From the human T2T-CHM13v2.0 reference genome, Homo sapiens: a stretch of 64,000 nt of DNA. The translations under genes were made by a program, and so were the position numbers. Shown here piece by piece: positions 12,390 to 27,692 of this stretch. Location: assembly GCF_009914755.1 (NCBI RefSeq), contig NC_060928.1, one strand, 5' to 3'. Each line of letters begins with the position of its first letter. Position 1 is the first letter of the stretch. The notes under the pieces were generated by a model, which was not told where the DNA came from, ran no database searches, and worked only from the letters and a program-made list of their open reading frames with translations.

Positions 12390-13610
12390 AGTCATGTTGT
12401 CTGAGTCAAATCTTGAAAGGCAAATCTCTCCCCGGGCCAAAAAAAGGGTATTTTTGGCATAGAGAGGAAGAAGAGCACAGATATGAACATGAAAGTGTAC
12501 AGCAAAATCAGAGAACTGAAAGTAGTTCTGTAGGACAAAATTATAGGATATGTTTGAGAATAGAAAGAGATAAAAGTCTTGAGAATTAAAGACAGGGAGG
12601 TTAGTAAAAGGCCAGATCTTGGTGGTTCTTTATACCTTGCTAAGAAATTTGTACTTTTTTTCCTTTGGGAATGGTAAATAATTATAGAGTTTTAAGCTTA
12701 TTAGCTTTGTGCATTAGTTTGCCTTAAAGACCATATTGGGGAACAATAAGAAAGGGACAAAGCTGGAAGCAGAAAAGTAATTAGGAGTTCATTGCAGATT
12801 AGGAGAAACTAAAGTAAAAAGGGAATACTGGGAATGAAGAAGAAATAGACAAATACAACAGATATTAATGAGCAAGAATTGTTCAGACTTTGTCATTGTT
12901 TGAACAACACCATCTACCACGAGTTGAAATAGAGAAACAGATTTGAAGATATAATAATTAGTGCACTTAGATATATTGATTTTGAGACACCTATGAAACA
13001 TACATGATGAGAGATCTCAAAAAACTTTCTGGCTTAAGAATATGGATCTTGATAAAGTCAGAAAGTTCTTTATTGGATTAAAATCTTTCATGTAGCTTTT
13101 GCTGAAGAAGAGAATGAGAGAAGGAATCACCTTCTTCAATGATTTCTTAAAGGGCATTAATTCAATGATTTGTTCACTCAGTATTTATTTAGTACCTGCT
13201 CTGTTTTGGGCCCTTCACTATTCATTGGAGATCTCACAGTGCATTGGAAAAACATGGTTCCTGCCACTTTCCTACCCTTATTGGAGCTTATATTCAAATG
13301 GTAGAGAAATAATAGAGCAGTGAACAAATAAATAAACCAAAAATATGGATCAAGATTAAAAAAACCATAAAGTAACAAGGAGTTATTTATAAAGAAAAAG
13401 AATCTAAGGACTAATTTAGATACAGTAATTGTGAAAGACCTCTCTTTAGAAGTTCCATTAAAGCTAAGAGACCTGAAAAAATAGAACAGGCCAAACAGAA
13501 GGCCAGGAATTTTCAGGCAGAGGGAATGGTAAGTACGACTACCTTGAGGAAAGAAAGAAATTGGTGTAGTCTAAAGATATCGGTAGTCCAGTCAGTCTGA
13601 AATATATATA
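12390..13610 (-). mobile_element. L2 fragments
   Basis: ggccagatcttggtggttctttataccttgctaagaaatttgtact; L2 3'-end text ttcactcagtatttatttagtacctgctctg...acatggttcctgcc...ggagcttatattc. Confidence 0.6.
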
Positions 13611-13923
13611 TTTAAGACAATGGTAGAGAAATTGGGTAGAAAAAAAAGAGCACATAAGAAAAGATTTATAGATGCTTTACCATTCTAGAGTTTATAGCAG
13701 AAATAAATGCCACAATCATAAAAATTAAGTGTATACATTGGAAATTTCTCTATTCCTGATTTTATATTTATTCTCAAGGGTTCATTTCCTTTGATGGTAC
13801 AACATTTAATCTTGACAGTTCAAACCAAACCTTGTCAATTGAATTTTTCTCTGGTAATAATCTACGTTATTGAGTAGGTGGAGTAGGTGGAGGTGAGGAG
13901 GAAAGTATATATGCACATATTAG

Positions 13924-13950
13924 GGTGTGTGTGTGTGTGTGTGTGTGTGT
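13924..13950. repeat. (GT)n microsatellite
   Basis: ~13 uninterrupted GT units. Confidence 0.95.
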
Positions 13951-14633
13951 ATAAATAGTAATTATATATACCCCAATTTGCCTGCTGTGACATTGGCTTA
14001 TTTCTTTGTCCTGGGGTATCATCTGGCTTGGTATTACTCCAAAGTTTTATATTTTAATGAAGTATTATAAATGATAATTTTATAAAAATAATATGAAATG
14101 AGTTTGGTAGAACTGCCCTTTGTACTGGTAGCTTCTACCTTGGTCTCCCACACATGACACATGTGCAATGAACACAGTTCTCACTTTACATTTGACGAAT
14201 CTGAAAAATGACCAGTAACAACCTGCTTCTATTTTATAACCTTTCCCAGACTCAAGGAAACTAACATATCCCTCTTAGTGTGTGAGGCACTTACCACAAA
14301 ATGAAATGCACCAAGTCATAAGCAATTAGGGAAGGTAAGCTCATTTATATCTCAAGTGGCAGTAGGGAAAGTATTTGCCCCTGCTGGTCACGTGGTATAA
14401 CAGCCAGTTGAGTACCAGCTATGGCCTGTGTGGCATGCACACAGCACCTCAGCTCAAGGCATTGGAAGCAGAATGGAAAGTGTGAAAAAGTATATACATT
14501 ACGCATAATGTAATATGTGCAAAAAATAGAGGTTGAGCATTCTTACTATAGAATACAAAGAACATTCTGATTGCTCTTGCCATGGTGGTTTTGCTATTTA
14601 TTGTCTATTGTACATCTAAAGCAAATTATTTAA

Positions 14634-14940
14634 TGTATTATTTGGTATATTGTCCAAGAAACAGATACCACACCAGTTATCTGAAGAGGTATTTAAATAT
14701 AAACACTTGCTAACTAGATGTATACAGTTAACCAGGTTATTGAAAAGGTTAAAAAAAAACCCTGTAAGATAACATAGAGGTAGCTACTTCAGAAAGTACA
14801 GAAAATAGTTACCTAAGCTAAGACTGAAGGAACAAAGGGAAATAGTTGGAATTATTAAAACTTAGAAATATAGGAGAGGCCCCAATGCACTGAGACTCAA
14901 ATTTCTGAGAAGGAGGGCCTTCTCAGCTGGTGATGGCCAA
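14634..14940 (-). mobile_element. Partial ancient LTR (LTR78-like); inferred 3' LTR of the ERVL-like provirus
   Basis: cagataccacaccagttatctgaagagg...ggaacaaagggaaatagttggaattattaaaacttagaa; aligns by eye (~70%) to the LTR starting at 26565. Confidence 0.65.
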
Positions 14941-14979
14941 TAATTAGAAGTTCATGATTAGAAGTTCAGGTCATAGGGT

Positions 14980-16230
14980 TCTTGGTGTATTTACCTATAG
15001 GAGAGAGCATGGATTTTCTTCCAAACCCAGAGATTTGTGACGTGATTCTTCCAGAGACTCCATATAGCCTCCCTATTTGCCATAAGACAATCTAGATACC
15101 AGAGGTGCTGAATTATGACGCTCAAGTGGTAAAGCAGCTTGTATTTAGATGTGGATTTGCTGCAGCTGCTTCTCTTGCTCCGGTTTCTACTTAAAACTGT
15201 TCATGTTATAAATTACTTGGCTAATTAGTCAGAATCTCACACTTAAATATGGTGTATGTTGACTTCAACATTTAAAAAATCCAGCCATATATTGTACCCC
15301 ACTTTTAGCAGAAGATGGCACAAGAAAAAATTATCTTTCACTGGGGAGAGCATATCTGGACAAGTTTCAGAATCCTGGACCTCCCCAAATTTCTCTGAGG
15401 CTGAAAGCTGTTTAACTTTCTTAGGGTTGATCCTCCATCCTTTGTATTACATATGTGTAACTAAGGCATCTAAATAACTTTTTACTTCCTTCTCATAAGA
15501 TGCAATCAGAATAATGGCATCACTGTATTGGGCCAGTGGGATGTTCTGTGGAATGTAAAGATGATCAAGATCCATGCAGAGTAAAGTATTGTAGATAGTA
15601 AAAAGTTGATCCAGCCCTGTGGTAAGTAAGAGCATGAAAAGATACTATTAGCTATGCCAGGTAAAAGAAAACTGTCTCTTGAGTTCTTATACATTGGTAT
15701 AGAGAAAAGACCATTTCCTAAGCAATAGTTTCATATCGCGTGCCAGAGACTGTATTGATTTGCTCCAGTAAATACATTAAGTCTGAAGCATAACTACAGT
15801 TGGTATGATCATCTAATTAAATTTGCAATAGTCCACAAACATCTTCTAAGATTTATCTGCCTTATTCCCAGAAAAGATTGGCAAGTAAAATGGGACTATG
15901 CTAGATATCACCACCGTGGATCTTTTGGGTCTTAGGTGGTAGCATTCATCTTTGCACCCAGGGATGTGATAATACTCTTGAATTACTGCCCTGGTAGGGA
16001 GAAGAAGTTCAAGACCTTCCACTTGGTTCTTCCTAGGTCAGGGGGCTAATGTAGGAGTTCTGTCAGTTGTCAAGTGTATGTATTATACATTCAGAAACTG
16101 GGGAAATAACCACGGGGTGGCTTTGTGGACCTATTAGATCCACTGTGATACATACTTAGGCTAAGACTCCTTTTAGTCACTTGATTACCATAAACTGTTG
16201 TAATTAATGAACTACAGAGGTGTTTTGAAT
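14980..16230 (-). pseudogene. Degenerate ERVL-class pro/pol (protease, reverse transcriptase, connection domain)
   Basis: Minus-strand translations YLPQGWINF and DLDHLYIPQNIPLAQYSDAIILIASYEKEVKSYLDALVTHM match ERVL RT (LPQGYINSP; DLDRFSLPQDITLVHYIDDIMLIG...LDLLVRHL). GPQSHPVVISP matches the protease; IQAALPL matches the connection domain. Multiple frameshifts. Confidence 0.88.
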
Positions 16231-16299
16231 TTTAAGAAATAACCATTATTTCGGAGTTGGTATATAATAATCAATGAAGGATATATATTTTTCCTTTTC

Positions 16300-17066
<767 letters not shown>

Positions 17067-20000
17067 GAAGAGCCAAGACGGCCAGCTAGATGGAGCCAAG
17101 AAGAGCTTCTCTCGCTGAGACAGGCCAGACTATCAAATAGACTGGTACACTCCAAACAGACCTTTGGAAAGAAGGCATTGAGAATGGACAGAAGGAGGAT
17201 GTGACCCCAGGCTGAAAGAAGAGGAAGCTTGGAACCCTGCACATGGTTGTCAAGTACCAGGACTCATTCCTGGTCCCAAGTGGCTCCTAGGGAAGGGGTG
17301 AATAAAATGGGTATGGAGCGGTCCGCTCTTGCCAGGGACCTCCAGGATCCTAGCTGCAGAAGACCCCATGACTCCCACAAACATTTGAGCTGGCAGGGAA
17401 ATTTGTTCCGACAGTTGACAGAGACAGAACTCTAACCTGTACAGGGCCCAGAGGGTTTGGTGCAGGAATGGCTGCAGTGGAGTATGGGCATGGGCACCCA
17501 TCCCCCAAGGCTCGCTATGCTTCTTTGGGTAGTTTTAGCCTTTGTTAGCTGCCAGATCCAGACAGACAGGGCTGACTGATCTGAGCACCTCCCTGTCTGT
17601 CAGCCTCTCCCAGTGTCCCTGCCTGTCTGCACCCACTTGCAGCTCAGCCTCAGCTGCCCAGCTCAAGCACTTGCTTCAGGCCTCCTCCATAGCTCTTTCA
17701 CAAGCAGACCCTGCCTACCCACCAGAGTGCTTTTGCAGAAAGACCCCTGCCAGTGCACACCTGCCTGCAGATTTTTCCCACCAGTGAACACTCACCTAGA
17801 GCCTCACCCCTGTCACCCTGCCACCATGCACATGCATGGGGACCCCTGCCATCCCACTGGAGCACTTCTGCCAGCAGCCACCAGCCAAATTGTTGTTGCC
17901 AGTGGATTGTGAACACCTAGTCCCCTCCAGTGCAGCAAATGCTTAACCTTGAGAAGCCAGAAAACAAAGCCGGTGACCTAGTCCCAGCCCCCTAGGGTAA
18001 GAGCACACATCCTAGGCATGCTGAGCTGCGCTTTGGCCCCCTGAAAACATTCAGAAATAAAGCCAATATACCAAATCCAACTTATACCACAGTCAAACCC
18101 TCAAGGGCATCAAAGAATATAAAGGCAAAAAGCCTTATCCAAGGCAGCAGCTTCAAAGATTAAAGAACATCACACAGATGAGAAAAAAATCAGCACAAGA
18201 ACTCAGACAAGTCTAAAAGCCAGAGGTTATTCTTACCTCCAAATAACCACACTAGCTCCCCAGCAATAGTTCTTAACCACAATGAAATGGCTGAAAAAAG
18301 ACATGGAATTCTGAATCTGGATGGCAAGGAAGCTCATGAAGATACAAGAGAATGTCAAAACTCAATCCAAGGAAAACAGTAAAACGGTTCAAGAGCTGAA
18401 AGACAACATAACCATTTTAAGAAAGAGCCAAACTCACTTCTGGAAATGAATATTTACTACAGGAATTTCACAATGAAATTGGAAGCATTAATAACAGAAT
18501 AGACCAAGCTAAGGAAAGAATCTCAGAGCTCAGCAACCACTCCTTCAAACCAATGCAGGCAGACAAAAATAAAGAAAAAAGAATTTTTAAAATAATGAAC
18601 AAAACCTCCATAAAATATAGGATTATGTAAAGAGACAAAACCTACAACCCATTGGCATTCCTGAAAGGGATGGGGAGAGAGCAACCAACTTGGAAATCAT
18701 ATTTGAGGATATTATACATGAAAATTTCCCTAGCCTCGCTAGAGAGGCTGACATGAAAATTCAGGAAATCATGAGATACTGTAGAAGATGACCATCCCCA
18801 AGGCACAGTCATCAGATTCTTTGAGGTCAACATGAAAGATAATATCTTAAAGGCAGCTACAAAGAAGAGGTAGATCATGTACAAAGGGAACCCTATCAGG
18901 CTAACAGCAAACCTCACAGCAGAAACCTTATAAACCAGAAGAGACTGGGGGCCTGTGTTCAGCATCCTTAAAGAAAAGAAATTTCAACCAAGAATTTCTT
19001 ATCCAGCCAAAAGAAGCTTTATAAACAACACAGAAATAAAACCCTTTTCAGACAAGCAAATGTTGAGGGAATTTGTTACCACCAGACCTGCCTTACAAGA
19101 GGTCCTTAAGGAGTTGCTAAACAGGAAAACAAAAGAACATTACCTGCCACCACAAAAACCCACTGAAGTACATAGCTCACTGACCCTGTAAAGCAAGCAT
19201 ACCATCAGGTCTACATAACAACTGTAGCTAACAAGACAATAACGGGATCAAATCGTCACATATCAATATTAACCTTGAATGTAAGTGGCCTAAACACTCC
19301 ATTAAAATGCAGGGTGGCATGTTGGATAAAGCAAGACCTAACTGTATGGTGTCTTTAGGAGACCCATTTCACATGCAATGACACCTATGAGCTCAAAGTA
19401 AAGGTATGGAAAAGGATCTATCAAGCAAATGGGAAACAAAAAAGAATAGGAGTTACTCTTCTAATTTCACACAAAACAGACTTAAGCCAGCAATGTTCAA
19501 AAGGGACAAAGAAGAGCATTACATAATGATAAAAGATTCAATTCAACCATACTTAACTATTTTGAATATATATGCACTCAATATTGGAGCACCCAGATTC
19601 ATAAAACAAGTTCTTATAGACCTACAAAGAGACTCAGATAACTACACAATAATAGTGAGAGATTTTAACAACCCTCTAATGGTATTAGACAGATCACTGA
19701 GGCAGGAAACTAGCAAAGATATTCAAGACCTAAACTTGACACTTGAGCAAATGGACCTGTCAGACATCTATAGACTATTCCACCCAGCAAGAACAGAATA
19801 TACATTCTTCTCATCTGCACACAGCACATGCTCTAAGATTAACCACATGTTCATCCATAAAACAGTTCTCAACAAATTCAAAAAAGCCAAAATTATACCA
19901 ATCATACTCTCAGACTACAGCACAAAAATATAAATCAATCCCAAGAAAATCTCTCAACACCATACAATTACATGGAAATTAAACAATCTGCTCCTGAATG

Positions 20001-20131
20001 ACTTTTGGATAAAGAAAGAAATTAAGGCAGAAATCAAAAAATTCTTTGAAACTAATGAAAGCAAAGATACAACATACCAGAATCTCTGGGACACAGTCAG
20101 AGCAATGTTACGAGGAAAGTTTATAGCACTA

Positions 20132-20574
<443 letters not shown>

Positions 20575-22156
20575 GAAGTTAGAAAGATCTCAAATTAATA
20601 ACCTAAGAGCACACCTAGAGGAACTAAAGAAACAAAAGCAAATCAACCTCAAAGCTAGCAGAAGAAAAGCAATAACCAAATTTAGAATGAACTGAACAAA
20701 ATTGAGAAGCAAAAATGCATAGAAAATATCAATGAAACCAAAAGTTGGTTCTTTGAAAGAGTAAATAAGATTTATAGACTGCCAGCCATATTGACAAAGA
20801 AAAAAGAGATGATTCAAATAAACACAATCAGAAATGACAAAGGTGATATTTCCACCAACCCCACAGAAATGCAAAAAAAAATAGAAAACCTCAGAGACTA
20901 TTACAGACACCTCTATGCACACAAACTAGAAAATCTAAAAAAGAAATGAATAAATTCCTGGAAACAAAAAACCTCCCACAATTGAACCAGGAAGAAATTG
21001 AAATCCTGAATAGGCCAATAACATGTTCCAAAACTGTGTTAGTAGTAAAAATTTACCAACAGGAAAAGCTCTGGACCAGACTGATTCACAGCTGAATTCT
21101 ATGAGACATGTAAAGATGAGTTAGTACTATTCCTCCTGAAACTGTTCCAAAAAATGGAGACAGAGAAACTCCTTCCCAATTCATTCTATGAGGCCAGCAT
21201 CATCCTGATTCCAAAACTCAGCAGAGACACACACACAGAAAAGACACACACACATATCTCTGATGAACATAAACACAAAAACGCTCAACAAAAGAGTTGC
21301 AAATTGAATCCAGCAGCACATCGAAAAGCTAATCCACCACAATCAAGCAGTCTTTATCACTGGGATGAAAGGTTTGTTCACATACACAAATTAATAAATG
21401 TGATTCATCAAGTAAACAAAAACCACATGACCATCTCAATAGGTGCAGAAAAGACTTTTAATAAATTCAATATCCCTTCATGTTAAAAACCCTCAACAAA
21501 CAGGGCATCCAAGAAACACCTCAAAATAATAAGATTTATCTATGACAAACACACAGCCAACATTATACTAAATAGGCAAAAGTTGGAAGCATTTTCCTTG
21601 AGAACTGGAACAAGACAAAGATTCCCACTCTTTCCACTCTTATTCAACATAGTACTGTCAGTCTTAGAGCAATCAGGCAAGAGAAAGAAATAAAAGGCAC
21701 CCAAATAGGAAGACAGGAAGTTAAACTATCTCTCTTTGCAGACAATATGATTCTATACCTAAAAAAACCCCCATAGTCTCTTCCCAGAGGCTCGTAGAAC
21801 TGATAAACAACCTCAGTGAAGTTTCAGGATACAAAATCAGTGTACAAAAATCAGTAACATTTTTATACACCAATAATGTCCAAGCTCAGAGCCAAATCAA
21901 GAACACAAACCCATTCACAATAGCCACAAAAATAATAAAACACCTAAAAACACAGCTAACCAGGAAGGTGAAAGATCTCTACAATGAGAATAACAAAACA
22001 TTGCTGAAAGAAATTAGATATGACACAAATGGGAAAACATCCCATGCTCATAGATAGGAAGAATTAATATTGTTAAAAATGATCACACTGCTCAAAGCAA
22101 TTTACAGATTCAAAGCTCTTCCTATCAAATGACCAAAATAATTTTTCACAGAATTA

Positions 22157-22561
<405 letters not shown>

Positions 22562-24066
22562 CTAAAGGTCGCACACTACCTGGCTTCAAACTATGCTACA
22601 GGGCTACAGTAACAAAAACAGGTTGGTTTGGTACAAAACTGGTACAAAAACAGACAAGTAGACCAATGGAACAGGTTAAAGAACCCAGAAATAAAGCTAC
22701 TACCTACAACCATCTGATCTTCAACAACATTGGCAGGACAGTAACAAGCAATGGAGAAAGGATGCCCTATTCAATAAATGGAGCTGGGATAACTGGCTAG
22801 CCATATGCAGAAGATTGAAACTGGACCCTATCCTTTCATCATATACAAAAATCAACTCAAGGTGGATTAAAAGCTTAACTGTAAGGCTTAAAAGTATAAA
22901 AACCCTAGAAGAAAACCTAGGAAATACCCTTCTTGACTTTGGCCTTGGCAAATAATTTTTGGCTAAGTCCCCAAAAGCAATTGCAACAGAAACAAAACTT
23001 GGCAATGAGATCTAGTTAAACTAAAGAGCTTCTACGCAGCAAAAGAAACTACCAATAGAGTAAACAGACAACATACAGAATGGGAGAAAATATTTGCAAA
23101 CTATGCATCTGACAAAAGTCTAATATCCAGAAACTATAAGGAGCTTAAACAAATCAAGAAGCAAAAAACAACCCCATTAAAAAATGGGTAAAGGACATGA
23201 AACAGACAGTTCTCAAAAGAAGACATACAAGCAGCCAACAAACATATGAAAAAATGCTCAACATTGCTAATAATTAGAGAAATGCAAATCAAAACCACAA
23301 TGAGATTCTGTCTCAGACAGGTCAGCATGGCTATTACTAAAGAGAAAAAATAACAGGTTTTGGCGAACTTGCAAAGAAAAGGGACCACTTTTTCACTGCT
23401 AGTGGGAATGTAAATTAGTTCAGCCACTGTGGAAAGCAGTTTTGAGATTTCTCTCAACCCAGCAATCCTGTTATTGGGTATATACCCAAAGGAATATAAA
23501 TTGTTCTACCATAAAGACATATGCACTTGTACGATAATTGCAGCACTATTCACAATAGCAAAGACATGGAATCAACATGAATTCCCCTCAACCATTGACT
23601 GGATAAAGACAATGTGGTACATATACAGCATGGAATACTATGCAGTCATAAAGAAAATAATGAAATCATGTCCTTTGCAGCAATGTGGATGCAGCACAGG
23701 CCATTATCCTAAGTGGTTTCACACAGGAACAAAACCCCAAATACTGCATTCTCTCATTTATAAATGGAGCTAAACATTGGAGTATGCATGGACACAAAGA
23801 AGGAAATAATAGACACTGGGGACTGCTTGAGGGTGGAGAATTGTGGGAGGGTAATTGTGAGAGTTGAAAAACTACCTATCAGGTATTATGCTCACCATCT
23901 GGGTGACAAAATAATTATTTGACCAAGCCCCAGCAACACGCCACTTACCCACGTAACAAACCTGAATGTGTACCCCCAAACCTAAAATAAAACTTGAAAA
24001 AAGGAAAATTTCAAAGCTTAGTCAAATAGACAAATAAATGGCTAGAGCCATTTCCATACGCATTAG

Positions 24067-25203
24067 CGTATCAATGCTTCAATAAGAAAAACAGAACAAG
24101 TAGGAATGAGATTCAAGATATGAGATTTATTATAGAAACTTGACCTTAGTGAATTGTAGAAATAAATTAAATAGTCTATATGTGACTGTTGCTTCTGCAT
24201 CTGGTGCTGGTCCTGATGTCAACAGGGAGGAAGCTAGGAAGAAAAGATAAACACTGAAGCAGACACGAGCAAGAAAAAGTTGGAATCTCTGAGAATAAGT
24301 TGGAACCCATGTTGGTTTCTGTGGTAGGTATAATAATGGCACCCCTAGACATGTCTACATCTTAACACCTGGAACCTGTGACTATGTTACATTGCATGGC
24401 AAAAGGGAATTAACTTTGCAGGTAGGATTAAGATTGTTTATCCGATTTTGAGACTGAGAGGTGTAATGGGAAAAAGGCAGGAGAGATGAGGCATGAGAGG
24501 GCCTAGACCTACTGTTTTTCACTTTGAAGATGGTGGAAGAGGACCATGAGCCAAGGAATGAGGGAAATCCCTTAGGAGCTAAAATGACTCTCACCTGGCA
24601 GCCAGCAAAGAAATAAGAACCTCAATGCTATGACAGCTAGGAACTGAACTATGCCAACAACCTCAATGAGTAAGGAAATACATGCCTTTAGAAAATAATG
24701 CAGTCCAGCCAGCGCTGTGTCAGACTTCTGACCTACAGAACTGTAAGACAATGAATTTGTGTCTTTTTAAGACACTAAGTTTGTAGTAATTTCTTATGAC
24801 AGAGATACAAAAGTAGTACACCATCACTTCTAAGCTTCCAGCTTTGATTATGAGTATAATCACAAAACGTTGGTGCCCTTTATCATGGCAACTGATCTAA
24901 AATTCAGAGAAGCTAAAGGAGAAAATAAAATAGAAGCTAGAGGAGCTGTGGTCAGGCTGCCATCACACACCAACAAGGTGACCCAGCAGATCAGTGACAA
25001 TGTGAGTGAACTGCAATAGCACCCAGTGATCTGTACAAAACTTCCTAGCACAAAAAGAAGACGGCTGCTGCTTCACCTCCACTTCACCAGTCTCACAAAC
25101 ATGTGTCTTGTGGCCACACTAAGCCCCAGAACTCTCCAAGAAAAGGAATTCTGATAAATGTAGTTCCAGCCTAGCTAAGCTTGTATACTATAAATCCTCC
25201 ATA
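24067..25203 (-). mobile_element. Solo ERVL LTR (LTR41-like) inserted in the gag of the older provirus
   Basis: ctgttgcttctgcatctggtgctggtcctga, ccagcagatcagtgacaa, ggaattctgataaatgtagttccagcctagctaag; degenerate TSD attag/aagag; gag frame (LALAYGNGS) rejoins across it. Confidence 0.72.
24320..24820 (+). mobile_element. MaLR LTR (MLT1D/E-like) nested in the LTR41-like element
   Basis: tgtggtaggtataataatggc...ggaacctgtgactatgttac...gacttctgacctacagaactgtaag...agtaca. Confidence 0.85.
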
Positions 25204-26521
25204 AAGAGCTAATACATTTAATCTGGAATCATTCGTAAGTAAACCCGTATTATTAAATTTGGCCTAATCCAGTGGTATATTCTGTCCTGCTTGGTCTAAC
25301 ACCTTGAGAATTTATACCCACACATATTTCCCATGTTTCTGCCAAAATAAAATTTCTTTTGGTATATAAGTTATTTCCTCCTAGGTCATCTTTTTTATTT
25401 TTCCTAGAGCATAATGAAATCTGGCCCTAGATATGAGTATAGTGGCAACCAGATAATTTAGGTAGGTCTTAAGTAGACCGAGAATCCTCTTGCGTGACAA
25501 GTTTCCAAAGTGAACTCATAGGCTTTTCAAACACAGGGAAGAATATTATGCACAGACATGGGAAGCAAGCTATTTCCACAGACAAAGAAGGCTCATGACT
25601 TGGGAATCCCTAATCACAGCCTCATCCAAATCCAGCCAGATATTCTTTATTCCAAATTTTAGGTTCTTCTCCTGCCCAATGTCTTAACTTTCACATAATA
25701 TATTTGGAAAAGCTGTGAATTTAATTGATGTTGTAATTCTGCTACCTACACAATTAAATTTTGGGTTTAATTTTCCAACATTGGCCATGTTACTGTAAAA
25801 AATAAGTTCTTTCTGAAAAAAAAATAAGAGAGCTTTGAGGGCTGTTGGAGAAACTCTCTATTAAAAAATAATAACAATAAAACCTTAAGTTGAGAGTTTA
25901 AAGACCTTAGCTTTGATTTATATATTTTTTTATTTTTATTTATTTAATTTTTTTATTTTTTTGTGATGGAGTTTCACTCTTGTTGCCCAGGCTAAAGTGC
26001 AATGGTGCCATCTGAGCTCACTGTAAGCTGCGTCTCTCAGTTCAAGTGATTCTCCTGCCTCAGCCTCCCGAGTAGCTAGGATTACAGGCATGTGCCACTG
26101 TGCTCAGCTAATTTTGTATTTTTAGTAGAGACAGGGTTTCTCCATATTGGTCAGGCTAGTCTCGAGCTCCCAACCTCAGGTGATCCACCCGCCTCAGCCT
26201 CCCAAAGTGCTGGGATTACAGGCATGAGCCACCGCGCCCGGCCTATTTTTATTTTTTAAATAAATGTTCCTCTGCAATCACAAGAATCCATTCCACACCA
26301 CAAACTTTACAGTCATCTTTACTGCCATAATGGTCAAGTAAAGCAATCATTTTACCCTTAGATTCTTATTTCAGTAGGAATATTGTTACAACTAACCACA
26401 GATTGATTAATTTGATTACCACTACTTGCAATGAATTAATAGCATCCCATTTCACATTGATTATGGGCTCAACATTTCTTTCAAGTCCAAAAACACAGCC
26501 AAACTACTTACAAAATCCCAT
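25204..26521 (-). pseudogene. Degenerate ERVL-class gag, N-terminal part (interrupted by AluSp)
   Basis: Minus-strand ATG at 26521: MGFCK*FGCVFGLERNVEPIINVKWD, then HYGSKDDCKVCGVEWIL, KLRSLNSQLKV, VAELQHQLNSQ, WQKHGKYVWV*ILKVLDQAGQNIPLD*AKF. All are colinear with ERVL/HERV16-type gag as I remember it. Confidence 0.85.
25925..26243 (-). mobile_element. AluSp-like
   Basis: gagtttcactcttgttgcccag, gtgcaatgg, ctaattttgtatt, gtttctccatattggtcagg diagnostics; full length. Confidence 0.92.
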
Positions 26522-26544
26522 CTTTGAGGGGCTGCTACCTGAAT

Positions 26545-26559
26545 CCACTCCTGATAGTA
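26545..26559 (-). promoter_or_regulatory. Retroviral primer binding site remnant (tRNA-Leu type)
   Basis: ccactcctgatagta vs tRNA-Leu 3' end ccactcctggtacca (12/15), 5 nt from the LTR edge and ~24 nt from the gag ATG. Confidence 0.72.
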
Positions 26560-26564
26560 GTTAT

Positions 26565-27100
26565 TGTACCAGTCAAGATCAATTAAAAGGCAGAAACCAC
26601 ACCAATCATTTGAATAGAGGGAATTTTACATAAAGCATTTGTATCTAGGTATAAGGACATAGAATGAATCATTGAGTCTGTAAAACGAAAACTCTAAGTT
26701 AACTTAAGCAAAAGGAACACTAAGGTATCATGAAAATAATTCGTAAAGGAAGTAGCCACTACTCACAAGGTTGGGGAGTGAATCTGTTTCTTCAAATGTC
26801 GGAAAAATTGCAAACTAGTTCACCTGTTGGAAAAATTGCAAAGTAGTTCACCTGCTGCTGTAGAAAGGAAGTTCTTTTGATGAAGTGAAGATGCCTTGCT
26901 AAATCAAAAGCATGCGAAAAACCCACAGAAAATAAACAGAAAAGAGAAGCTGCTTCTTCATTCTCTAACCTTGCAATCTTCCTCTTATTCTCCTTGTTAC
27001 TACAGCCTAACAAGGAGCCAACTGTAAAAATTTGGGTTTACACAATCCAGGAAAAACAGTTTGCAGTTGAAAATGAAATAATTTGAAAATTATTGAAAAT
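26565..27100 (-). mobile_element. Ancient LTR (LTR78/LTR78B-like), 5' LTR of the ERVL-like provirus, internally deleted
   Basis: tgtaccagtcaagatc...cagaaaccacaccaatcatttgaatagaggg...cagcctaacaaggagcca; abuts the PBS; right boundary approximate. Confidence 0.68.
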
Positions 27101-27373
27101 AATTTTCAAAACAGTTTTCAAAATAACTGAAAACTGATAAATGCTTAATTTTTTTCTTTTGCAATAAGCTTTTTTAGAACCAATAGCATATGTTTAATCA
27201 GTAATTACATAGTAATTTTCTATTTCTCAAGAGAGTTAATGGCAAATATATAAATTGCACAAAATATTTTTGACTTTATGGAGGCGTATAGGTATTACTA
27301 ATCACATAAAAGCTTATTGACTATTTTTAGACACCTGTACCCAAATATATCAATTTCACAGGTACATCTGCAG

Positions 27374-27572
27374 AAAGTGTGTATATATAGAGAGACCTTT
27401 GAGGGCTCTCTCTCTAAATATACACACTTTGAGGGCTTTGAGATATATATATATATATATCTTTACTGAGATACATATATATATATATCTTTACTGAGAT
27501 ATATATATTTAGGCCTGCTTCAAAGATATATATATATCTTCAAAGATATACATATATATCTTTGAAGTAGGC
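27374..27572. repeat. Two inverted repeats plus short direct repeats around (TA)n tracts
   Basis: 22-bp arms at 27374-27430 and 21-bp arms at 27513-27572, each with one mismatch. Confidence 0.9.
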
Positions 27573-27692
27573 TTTTTTATTTGGATCAAATAACTCTCTT
27601 TCTAATTTCATTCACTTTTGGATCTGTTTCTTGTGCACCCATGAATAGTGAAGTGATAGCTGTAATATGTTGTTTTTACTGGCAAGGGAAAA

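Noticed and set aside
24042-24059. ctagagccatttccatac as a PBS, making the LTR41-like element the provirus 5' LTR
   Set aside because: This stretch translates as in-frame gag (GNGSSHLF), gag continues on the far side of the LTR, and a better PBS exists at 26545
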